A stretch of 64,000 bases of DNA from the IMG/VR virus record IMGVR_UViG_3300028886_000082, positions 10,243 to 74,242 of that record; one strand, written 5' to 3'. The first letter of the stretch is position 1; each line of letters opens with the position of its first letter. This document shows, in pieces, positions 38,401 to 50,400 of this stretch. This stretch comes from a virus (lineage: Duplodnaviria; Caudoviricetes). Below the pieces are notes generated by a model. That model saw nothing but the letters and a program-made list of their open reading frames with translations. It did not search any database and was not told where the DNA came from. Position numbers and translations under genes: made by a program.

Positions 38401-41400
38401 CTACTCAATTTGGCCTATCTTGTCAAGCTCTTCAACGACCAATTGCATCTGACTGTTATAGAGCGCACGAAGATTCTTGCGGTCTCTTCCAGTAGATTGG
38501 TTGGCTGCTGTATTAATTTGCTTGAGTACCTTATCTGCTCTCTTCACAAACTCCATACGGACAGCATCATTGGTACTTGCCATCTCCATAGCCTTCATAT
38601 AGTGGTCTGGGTTGGTGTCAGCGTCTCTCATGTATCCTTTGAAGTCGTGGGCAAACTTGTTAGCTTCTTGCTGGTACTTATGATACTTTGCCTTTGTGCG
38701 GTAAATCTCGGTACGCTCGTCGCCCTGCTGCCAGAACGCTCTTGCAAACTCTATCTTACGGATATTAAAGTCAGGTTCTTCGTCCGTGAAGATTACGTTG
38801 TATGCATCTCTTATGGCGGAGCCTGTATTCATAAAGAACTTGCCAGGGCCTCCTGCATACTGTTCGAAGATGTACTGCATTGCGCCTGGGTTTATTTGAG
38901 CCCATCCTGCATGAACATCATCGCCACCGCTGACATCGTTCAACCACTTTGAAAGAGATATATAGGCAGAGTTGGTATTACCGTATGTCATTTGATACTC
39001 TGGTGTGTATTCGTCACCGTTGTATTTGTCCTGACGGAAAATCTGTCTACCCGTCCAAGAAAGGTTTTCTCCTACGGCTACTAATGGAGCCAGAGGCGAG
39101 CAGACTCTTCCTACCACTTCATGCACTGGGTCGTAGTTTGATGTAACCTTTGTCTCAAAGTCTACAGGTGAGAACACATTGAAGAATCCTATCATCTCGT
39201 CCATGAAGTCTTTGTCTACTGGCTTCAAGTTGGGATAGAGCGTGTTTCCTGCTATCATGTCTCCAAGTGTATAGAAGGCTGCAAGTTCCTGACCCATCGG
39301 TATCACCAAGAAGTCATTCTTCTTACCAGTTGCCCACCCAGTATAGATACATAGGTTCTTTCTGCGCACCCATTCAGGGAGGTTTGCGTATGGATCATCG
39401 TCATCACCGCCTCCAGCAAGACCGTAAAGCAAGTCGTTGATAACAGGCATCAGCATACCTAATGCAAATGGTGGTATTGCGTAGTAACCTACGAGTTTAC
39501 CGACATACGACTTGTTGATGCTGCCGTCTGAATTCCTGATGTTGCGGAAGATGTTGCAAATGCCTTGTACGGTGGCATTGAAAAACATCTTATTAGCCAA
39601 AAGAATCTGTGATACGTTTCCTGCTAACTTCGCAGTACGTGCCACCCATTTCTGTTCGGTCTTGAATCCAGCCGTATTCTTTCCTGCGCCACGCTTGTTG
39701 AAGTTTACCGTCACTTCCTTTGCATCGTAGGCAGAACGTGCCTTCGTGCGGCCTGCCACATGTCTTGATGCCCTATAGGTGGCAAAGCGGGCATTGTTCT
39801 CTATTGCTTCGTTGGCTGCTTCAAGTGCGCCAAGCGTCTTATCCCAGAAAGCGCTGCCCACCTTCTTGACTTTGCCTGGCGTGCTTATCATCTTCTGGAT
39901 ATCCCTCTGCAGCTCTTCTACCTTTTTCATGTGAACGAATCCCGTGATACCTCCACTATCCATGAAGTCCTTGAAGTCACGTTCCATTTCGTTCCTCATG
40001 TCAAGCTTACCCTCACGATACTTCTTGAAGAGTGATATCATCTTTGGAAGCTGTTCAAAGTAATAGCCTTGTGCTGCCTTTTCGTAGTTTCCACCTTCAC
40101 GGGCCATGAGAATAGCGCCGAAGTGAGTCCAGTCGCGAGCCATGTTTCGCCCCAAGAATGTAACGTTATAGGATGTACTTACAGACTGCATATAATACTT
40201 TGCATCGGCAATGAAAGAATCAAGTGGGCCATCGCCATGCTTGTATCTGAGCTGACCGTTAAGCGCCTGAGCCATTCTCGGATTGCCCATCACGACCATA
40301 GTCTTGCGGTTGCCGTTCATCATCACCTCAACGATGTGTTCTCGTTTATGCTCCTTATCCACCTTGTAATCGAATTTGGCATCACTCTTAACCTTCTTGG
40401 CCTTGCCTTCAAGTTCTAATTTGTTCATGCGTTCATAGAACTCTTTCGTCCTAGCCTCAACCTCCTGCGGCTTCATATCCTCATTAATCTGTGGATAGTC
40501 TGTTACCCATTCATCGGTAGTCGGGTCAAGAACTGCCCAAGTGTCGTTTATTTCCACAAGGTCATTTGGATTGGCCTGGCAGAGACGGTAGAACTTCTGC
40601 TTTACCATGTTCTGCTCTCCGTCCGAAATTGCTTTATAGGTCATGGCAAACAGCGTAGCGAGCGGATATCCTGCCTCGCTCTTACGGCCAGCGGCATTTT
40701 TCAGCAGACCACCTAATCTGCTTGCTCCGTCTTTGACGGTCATATATTGCCAATGGTCTTCAGATGATGTGTCATTAGAATAGCCTCTCATCGGAACGTA
40801 GAAGTGGAACATATTCGTGACACGTTTGTAGGTCGAGTCGCTTATCATGCCCGACTCACGATACTTGTCAAGGCCAAGCTGAGAGCAGAGGTTTATCTTG
40901 CTCCACATCTTATCCATGAGTTCCTTGCCCATCTTCTGCTCGTCATTCATAAGTTTATCAAGGATATCCTTCTCCTTGAAATCCTCACCGAACATTTCTG
41001 TGAAACCTGATGCGTCGTGTTCTTCGGCATCAAACTCTTCATCTATATTGTCGTGAATGAAATTATCGATGGCATCCAGATATTCGGGGAAGGTTTTCTT
41101 GCCTTCCATCAAGTCTTGGTAGGCTTGCTCCTTGGCTTCTACATAACTGTTCTCCAACTTGTCAAGCTGCTCCTGCCATAGCTTATCCAGAGCCTGATCG
41201 AGTTTCTTGTTCTTCTGTTCTTCGGTGATGTCACCATCCTCGAACTGCTCTTCAAGCCGTTCGGCAATCTTGTCGTAGGCTTCTTGCTGTTCATCGTCCA
41301 GATCGTCATAAGTGACATTCTTTCTTCGCTGACCCTTTAGCCAGTCTCTTACGAACAACTCACGATTGCGCTCAAATCCATGCTTGGTGAATAGGTATCG

Positions 41401-44400
41401 GTCAACATCGCCAGTCTGCCAGCCCATTTTTCGGCACACCTCATAAACGGTTTCCTCTAATGGTCGCTTGTAGATGTCCGTGAATTGCTCTTGCTGATTG
41501 TAAATCCTACCATACGAAAGATTCATTGCTTGGTAGGCATTCTGCGAATCGGGTATATCCTTATCTTTGGCAATGGCATTCTGACCATGCTTAAAGGTTA
41601 CCATATCATCCTGAGCGGCCTCTTGCATCATCGTGCTCGCCCTGTTGATACGGTCATGATATACCGCCTTTGCGGAATTCTTGTCTATCTCCTTGACACC
41701 TTCCTTCTGTTCTTTACGGAACTTGATCCAGCGTTTAGCGGATTGCTCTATTGCTTGGATGGGGTCTTCCGGTAGTTCGGATTCCTCTTCAGGGCGTATG
41801 ACGTTATCTCCCCGTCCTTGTCCCTGTTGACTACTTCCACGAACCTCGGTTGCTGATGTCTGTTCTCCTTCGCCAATTCGTCGAAGTTGATTGTTTCCTG
41901 CGTTTGTACTTTCTTGTCTGCCATTTTTAATATGATTTCTTAGTTCGTTTGCAAAGTTACAAATTTCTGGATTACCAACAAAGTTTCCATTCAAAAACTT
42001 TTCAGTTCCATAGCTATCAATGGCTACGTTACCTATTAGGAATGCACATGATTCATTGAACCAGTCGTATCTCTCGTAGTTGCCAGGCTTTGTGATATGA
42101 TTGAATATATCAGGACGGTTTACCCTCAACCATTCATAGCAAGCCTCTCCAAACTTACGGCGTACATCTTCGGGCATTTTCTGCCAGAAGCTATGCGTCT
42201 GCTCATGCCACCATGCAGCCTCTGCCTCCTTTGCATCCTCCAGATGTTCTCCGAATACGACTACTATACCCGCTCTTGGTATGTAAGCCGCTCCGTTGTC
42301 TGGGTCGCTGTAAAGCCTCTCTATCTCTCTATACACACGTCTGCTGACCTTATCTTTGAGAGCTTCAAGGTCTTGTGGGCTATTGATAGTATATGTCGGT
42401 GCGCTACCCTTCAAATCCTCACGGCTTGCAAGGCTATTCACCATATCAGATATTTCCTGCAATTTGCTATTGGTGGGAGTTTTGCCATTAGACTGCCGCC
42501 AACTCTCTGCTGCTTGATTGATAGCTTCTATCGGATCAGAGGTTGTTATCATGCGCTTGGGAGCGTCGCTGTCTTCCTTGGCACTCTCAACGGTCACGCC
42601 TAGCTCGTCGAGACGCTTTAAGATGGCATCGAGGTTCCTTGCAGGGAAGTCTGCGCTCATCTTTGTGCTTCCCTCAAACTGACCATCAACGAAGCTAAGG
42701 AGCGTTTCGTCATTAAAATACTTCTCACCTTTTTTCTTTGATTTAGGAACTTGAAGCGTATATCCATACGCATCATTGCGCCAATCGTATCTACCTCGTT
42801 TGACTGTTACGTCACCATCGGCAGAAACAATCTTGTTGTCCTTTTCAAAATCGTCTAGGTCATTCTTAGCAGAAGATATAGGATTCTTGCTCGTCAGCGC
42901 CTTCGGGTCGAACTGATCTGACATCAGGATACCTTGACGGATCTCGCCCGTATCTGTAGTATATGAAATCAGTTTACCGCCTTTTCCTTGACTACGGAGT
43001 GAGGTAAGTGCTTTCAGCAGATTACCCGTGATAATGTGTCCTTTCTTTCTGGTTGCCGTTGAAGTAAGTTTATCCCAGTTATCTACGTTCTGCTCCAATA
43101 CCTTTTGCATGTTGGCAAGGTTAGAGCCAAACATTCCGTTTCTAGTCTGTGCTGTCTGCTGAACAATGATAGGCTTGATGTCACGCTTCTCTCCATTATT
43201 CTGCTTAACCATGCCGCTAATAGGAATGGTAATCTTTCTGCGCCCGTCGAGCGTAGCAAACGTAATTGTACTAGCAGTGGTAGAATAGTTATCTTCCTTT
43301 ATATTGATGTCTATCACCTTACCAAAACTTGGTTCAAAGGTCAACTGTGAAAGGTCGTAGATGTCAGTAGGCAATGCATACACACCATCGGTAGAGAAAG
43401 TTTCAAGTGCATCTACGAATGCTTGCTTCTGTTTATCAACAGCTTCAAGAGCATTCTGCAGTTTCTCCATCTCTTGCTTATAGAAGGTGTCATACTGATA
43501 CTGAGAGTTCTTCTCTATCTCAGCATCTGTCATGCCATTCTTCTCCTGAGCTTTCTTAGCACCCTTTGCATACTTTTCTTTCTCGGCCTCGGCTTTCTTT
43601 TCGGCTCTCTCGGAAATTGTCTGTGTAGCCTCGGCTTTCTTTTTCTCAGCCCACTTATCTACCTTATCAAGTACACCCTGCTTGTATTCATCCCATGTCT
43701 TACCTCCAAGGAGTCTAGTCTGAGACTTCTTCACCTCTTCTGCCTTCATCGGCTTGCGAAGTACATCCATCTCCACTTCCTCAACGTATGAATTGTCGGC
43801 AAATGGATTCTTGCCTCCTGGCTCTACACCTGCTTCCCATACGTCCTTCTTTAAGGTCTTGGCACGGAGTGGCATTTCTGTAATCTCCAAGTCGTTCTCG
43901 CCCATCTCGTTCAGACGGTCTATCTCGGCTTGGTATAGGTCGCCGATTTCTTTCAGCATCTTCTCCTGCTCTTTAACGGTCAATAGTGCCATACGGCCAA
44001 GAACCTTGCTTGCGGTTGCTCCATCACCTTGTGCTTTCTGCGCCTGACTAACGAGCGTTTCTGCAGGAAGTGTCTCTGCTCCCTCTCCCCATTTCAGCGG
44101 GTCACACATCTTCATTGCCAAGTCAACGTGCTCTGAAAGATACTGGATAACGATGTCGTCACCATACTTATTAATAATGTCCTGCACCTGCATCTCGTTA
44201 AACTTCGACTTCTGCGAGGATGTGGTATTAGCATCTAGCGAGCGGAGTTTTGCTTTCAACATCATCAACAAGCGCTGCTCTGATGGAATCTGAGAGACTA
44301 CATATTCGTACATACCTCTCAGCACCTGTCCGGTTCTGTCGATACGTCCACGAATCTGAACCTCATCGTTCACGTCACCTTGCGCCTGCGCCACAATCAT

Positions 44401-47400
44401 GATTCGCTGGCGCTGATCCTTGAACGTAGATGATGCATGGAGTGAGATGCCAGTTCCTGCACTACGGTTGAGTATCAATGCATCAAGCTTGCCGTTATTG
44501 AAGTCTGCTGCAATCTTCTTCTTGTCGGTGTCCTGACGCTTTACACGCTTAACGGTTCCGTCATCATTGTAGACAAATTCGGCTTTGCGCCCCGTCAACT
44601 CGCCCACCTTATAGCCAGCTTTCTTCAACTCATTCTTGATGACGTCAATCGGTGACAAACTCAGACCACTTGAAGCATTCTCGATGGCATCCATGATTTC
44701 GGCATAACGTTTCTGGCCTTCCTCACTGAGTCTGTCGAAAGGTATCATCTCATTCACGGTATTGCCGAAGGCATCTTTCTTCGTGATACGCATCGTACCC
44801 TGCAATCCCTTCTTCAAGTTCACGCTCAGGTCTGGCATCTCCATAGACTCTCCGTCTGCGCCCGCTACCTCATCAGCTGCACCCTCGTTGGTGTTAGCCA
44901 CGGTTATCACTGGTTTACGGCCAAGCTTCAGGTGTTCAATGGCACGTTTGGCTGCTTCCTCGGCTTTTAGCGAAAGAAGTACTTGCTGCACCATGTTATA
45001 TGTACGTGAGGCAAACGGGGTGTTGTTAATACCCATATCACGGGTTCCTGGTGTGTGGTCTACTTCGCCCTGCTCCTCAGCTGCAGCATCGTTCAAGCCA
45101 TTCACAATAGGGTCAACATAAGTACGTTGGAACTGAATGATGTCGTTGAACAATCCGATAATGGTATCATACTGCTCGCGCTGCTTCTGAATGATGTCCT
45201 CATCCTCAATACCCTTCCAGTCGATGGTTACACCAGTCATGTCGCGCTCACGGCGAATCATCTGTCCTGCCTCGGTAAGAGCCTTAGACATAATCTCTTG
45301 GAAAGTAGCACCGCCACGCTTTACGGCATCAATCAGTTCTCCCACCTTTACACCAGCCTTACTGATGGCGGTCTTGAGCGAATAGATAGGCATGTTGCCC
45401 GGACGCTTGGCAAAGGTGGCCGAAAGGAATGTTAATCCCTTGGCCTTGGTTGTAATATACTGCAGATAGTTGCTTACGTTACTGCCTTCACCGCCTGCAT
45501 TATGGCTCTCGTCCATAATAACATAGCTATTGCCAGCAAGTGTCTCTAACGCATCGCGCTTAGCCTGCCCGTTTATATGAACTGGACCTGCTTTCTTCTT
45601 ACCAAAGTTTCGTGCTTTTTTGTTTCCGTCATCGTAGTCCATCGTACCACTCTTGAACGAGTCGTATGTGGTCAGCACATAGTCGTACTCTGGTGGGAGT
45701 TTCCCATTTTTATTGATGTAATCAACTACACGCTTTTGCTCTTTTGCATTAGGGGTCTGATAGATAACGTTGCCGTTCTTGTCGGTCACGTTGCCTGAGT
45801 GCTCGGTATCGTCTGCGCTCCAAATAAACGGCCTCAACTTGGGACTGCCAATATCGCAGAGGTCGCGGTACATATCAGAGAACAATGCTTTCTTGACGGT
45901 AATGAACACGGGGAAGCCTCCCTTCTTCACGCCATAGCGGATAAGGGCTGCTGCCTGTCTGCCTTTACCGATACCAGTCTGGTCGCCGATGATAAAGGCA
46001 TTACCTTGGTTCATCTGATGGATGGCAAGTGCTACGGAGTCAATCTGCTCTGCTGCAAGTGCCTGATGCAGTTCTTCCTTACTTGAATAACCAAGCTCGT
46101 CAACAAGGAACTGGTCTACATCGCCCAGCTCTTCGAGCGCACTCTTTACCACGTCGGCCTGCTCTGCGGGCATCAACGACTGAAGGGTAAAGGGGTTGCC
46201 GCTCTGCTTTCTGTAGGGTACTTTCTCGGTGCCTAAGCCTCGCTTGACTGCGGGCTGCTCAGGTTGCTGTGCAGGTTCGGCCCCTCGCTGTCCCACTCGC
46301 TGGCTATTGTCAGTTGTGGCAGCAGGTCGCTCAGTGTCATTTCCTCCAGGTTCATTTCGTTTTTCCCCTGCTTGCTCAGTGGTGCTCCTACCTGGTTGAG
46401 AAGCCTCTGTCCTGCTTCCGACTCCAGTAGGTCTTGTATCCACAGCTGGCTGGCTTGTGGTGTCAGTTCCTCTGGTGGCGTTACTACTTCCCGAAACACT
46501 TGATCCGTTTGAAGTACGTCCTGCAGGTTGCTTTTGGCTTCCTGCGGGCTGTACGTTTCGTACTCCCGTTTCAGTAGAAGCTCCAGCATTGCTGGTATCA
46601 TCCACTCTTCCACTCTTTCCGCTTTCTGTGTCGTGAACACTAGTGGGTTTGTTGCTGTCAGATAATATGTCATCGTTTACTCGTTTAAATAATTCGTCAT
46701 AACTGTTAACTCGCTCGGCTCTTGCCTTCTGTATGGTCGGCGCAAAGCTTCTTGGGTTGAACTCCTTGCGTCCGTTGATGAGTATCATTCTCACGGGGAA
46801 GCCTGTTCCCTGACGTGAATACAGCTCATGGCCGTTCATGTTGATCACGTCTACCACATTATAGTGTGCATAGAGGTAGTTCAAGAAGGCTCTGTCTTTG
46901 CCCTTGATGCTGCCGTTCTGATTGTACTCGGTGTTGCCTCCGATGATAATGGCGGCACGGCCATCATCCTTCATCGACTCCAGGGCATTGAGAGCCATCT
47001 GATGCTCCAAGCCAGAAATCTCATAGATGCCGTCGTACACCTTCGGGGTGACATTGCCAAACGGCGGGTTGGTGACTACCACATCAAACTTCTTCTCGCC
47101 GAACGACTGCAATCCATCTTGGCTCGTCACTTCACCGAATCCCTGCTTCTGAAGGTTGGAGAGCCGCATTTCGTCAATGTCGTTGACGTGCATCTTCTCC
47201 TTGGGCAGATTGATAGTCAGCATTCCGTTTCCTGCTGATGGCTCCAGTCCGCTCTCTACCTTCTTGCCTGCTGACAGGAACTGCCCCATCAGGAATGCCA
47301 TCGGTGCAGGCGTAGAGTACTGCTGCTTGTTGATGCGGTCATTATCTCTTGCGTTGAGGCTGGGCTGACCTTCATACAGCTTCACTATCTTCTGAAACTT

Positions 47401-50400
47401 CTTTTCGTCCGTCAATCCTTCCTTGTTGGCTATCTCTCTGGCAAGGCTTACAACCTCTGTCTCAATCAGCTCCTGTAGGTCTGTATCTGAAAGGTTCTCA
47501 ATCCCAAGTTCCTTTGCAATCTGCTTATAGACACTAAGTGGCTTTGGCTGGTCGCCCCAATTCATAATGCCCTGCAACTTGGCGCGTATCTTCTTGCTCA
47601 GTTGTTCAATCTTATACTGCCTATCTGCAAACTCTGCCGAGTCGCCTTCCAGCTCACTCGCTGGTTTCTGCTGCAAAGATAAGTCTTTTTCCGGCTCGTT
47701 GTCCTCCTTTTTGTTATCGTTCACAGTCTGGTCGGCAGGCTTAGTATTATTTAACCTTTCAGCATGCTCGCTGAGCCTCATGCGCTGTCCGTCAACGGTG
47801 TATTTCTGATTCCATACCTCATTGACAAACTCACCGATGATTGCATCATCCCAACCAAGAACCTCTCTCAGTTTTGCACCGATGGATTCAGACATCTTCT
47901 TACTCCATGCCTGCACGTCATGCACGCCACTCTTGATATAGGCATAGCCTACCTTTGAAGCCAGTCGGAGCAAGTCTTTCAGGAACATACGCTGCGCATC
48001 GTTTGTAAGCGTAAAGGCATCGAGCAAGCTGGCCTGCGCCTTGTCGTTACCCTCCAAGCCCTTGCGCATGAACTTGTCAAGCACATTGGATCCCTTGGCA
48101 TTATCTAAGAAGTCGTTGAACTCCTTCAAGGCATCGTCAATGTCCTTCTGGTCTTTGGATTTCTGCTGCTCTCTGCGGAAATCTCCTGCTGCACGCTCGA
48201 TTGCCTCCATTGGGTCACTCTCACCACGCAACCGAGATGATGTTACCTCATAAAATGTTTTTGTGTATGAACCTTTTGCACGGGAACTAATATATTCTTC
48301 TGATAGATCAAGAAACTGCTTTGCGAGAATCTTATCTGCTTCTGGAACATTGCTTGACTCAATTTCTTCAACCGTAAGAGGATGCTCTTTTATATATTGT
48401 TCTCGCCAATTTAAAATTGAAGCGTTTGAAGAAGCCTCTGCTGGCTTCGCCTTCTGCGCTCTCTCATAAATCTGGTCGTAGTAGAAACGGGAGATAACGC
48501 TATCCTCGCCATTGAGGAAGTCGATGGCATTCAGCTTCTCGTCCTCATTGGCTTCTGTGTCAGCCATAATCTGCTCTTCCGTCAGAGGATGGCTTGCAAG
48601 ATAATCTTCACGGCTCTGCGTCTTAGGCTGCTCTTCGGTATCAATCTTAGTCTGCCTGCGATAGTTATCCAAGGCACCACGGATGCGACTATTGCGCTCT
48701 TCAATGGATTGCAGTCGGTTAAGCTTGTTGGTGGCTTCCTGCAGTTTCTCACGCTGTGCAGCGGTTCTGTGCTCTACTCCCTCTGCAGAGGTATCAAGTC
48801 CCATTTCCTCTTGTGAGAAGATGGCATCAGGTTCTGCAAAGGTCTCGTCGTTGGCAAACAGGTCTGTTGCACGCTCGCTTTCCTTTGCCCGTGCCTTTTC
48901 AAGTTCTGTACGCGCTTTATTGGCATCTTCTACTGCATCACCAATCTCTTGCTGCAACTGCGCAAGTACATTGGCAATGATCTGTTCCTCCTCTGCATTT
49001 CGAGGCTGGAGATACGGGTCTTCTACTGATTCAGGACTTCTTTGGCCTTCTGGCTCATTTGTTCCTTCTGCTGCTGGAGTCTCTGCGCTTTCTCCATCCT
49101 GCATTTCGTCACGAAGTCCTTCATTGTCGGTATCGGATAATTCTTCTGTTTCATTATATGCATGTTTAAATTGTTCAAGATTCTCTCTCAATGATTCTGG
49201 TGTAACTGCACCAGAGAATACGATAAGCGTGTCTGTTGCGTCATTATATACGATGCCCATTTCAAATGCATTGCTTCGAACTGTATTGACATCCTCTTCG
49301 CTAACAAATGCACCATCAAATACCTCAGATGCAAAGTCTATCCAATCGCCGTCGGTCATCTGGTCTGTGTCAACCATTCTGACTGCAGGCATACCGCCAT
49401 CCTGCGATACTTCCCTTATAACTGCCCAAAGAGCATTAATCGGGTTTTCTGGTATATCAACTCCATCTTCAGGTCTTGCGAACGGAAGGCTAGCTTCTAT
49501 CTGTGCCTGCTCTTCATCTGTGATTGGCGCAACCTCTTCCGTTGGATTTTGTGCCTCTTCTTCAGCTCTCTGCCTTTGTTCCTGCAAAGCGGCCTCTGCT
49601 TTGGCAATTCGACTATTGAGGGCATAATCCACGACATCACTCTTGCTCTGTGCTGATTTGATAAGATCAAGCAAGGCCTCCTTGATTTCCTCGGTAGTGA
49701 ATCTTGGATTGCCATCAGCTCCCATATTTTCCTCACTCTGCCAGACCATGTGAACGAACTCGTCAATACCGATACCTTCGCCATTCTTGGCAAGTAGGGT
49801 CTCAATGTACTTGGTGTCGCCACCAATCCTACGAGTCCAACCCAGCTCCTTCTGCAGTCCACGTTTACCATTGACATCTTCCCATGCAAGGTTACGCTTA
49901 CGGCCTACCCACATGGAAGCAAGTTCGAATGCGTCTTCTGCTTTCGTGAAGTCATCATCAAACAACTCACCATACTTTGCCTTGGCCTCCGCAATCCGCT
50001 GCTGCTTCTGTTCCTCGACGGTGAGATTCGACTGCGAAGATACGGGTTTTTCCTTAACAATAGGCGCTTCTGGCTGAACATTTACGGTTTCTTCACTTTT
50101 GGCAGGTGCTTCCGGCTGATTCATCTCTGCCCAGCGTGCCTTTACATTATTATAATAGTCTATGGTTGCCTGGGCCTTCTTTCGCTTCTCAATATCTAAG
50201 CGGGTTTTAACCTGCTTATTATTTATCTTGTCGATAACCTCTTGAGCCTCAGCGATTGACGCATTAGATATTTCGTTCACATCATCGCCATCGTTCTGAA
50301 TGTCGGCAATGGCATCATCTACCGCAATGCCATTCTCATAGCGTTTGATTCCGTCCTTGTCTATCACGCTCTCGATGGTCACGGCTGGCTGCTGAGGCTG

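Noticed and set aside
48683-49627. 314-aa antisense ORF (and similar antisense ORFs such as 57269-57907 and 57352-57993)
   Set aside because: Ser/Ala/Cys/Leu-rich mirror translations of real opposite-strand genes.
49497-49889. 130-aa +1-frame ORF within the giant gene
   Set aside because: Arg/Ser-rich shadow composition over a normal globular main-frame region; serves as a control showing that +1 frames can stay open by chance.
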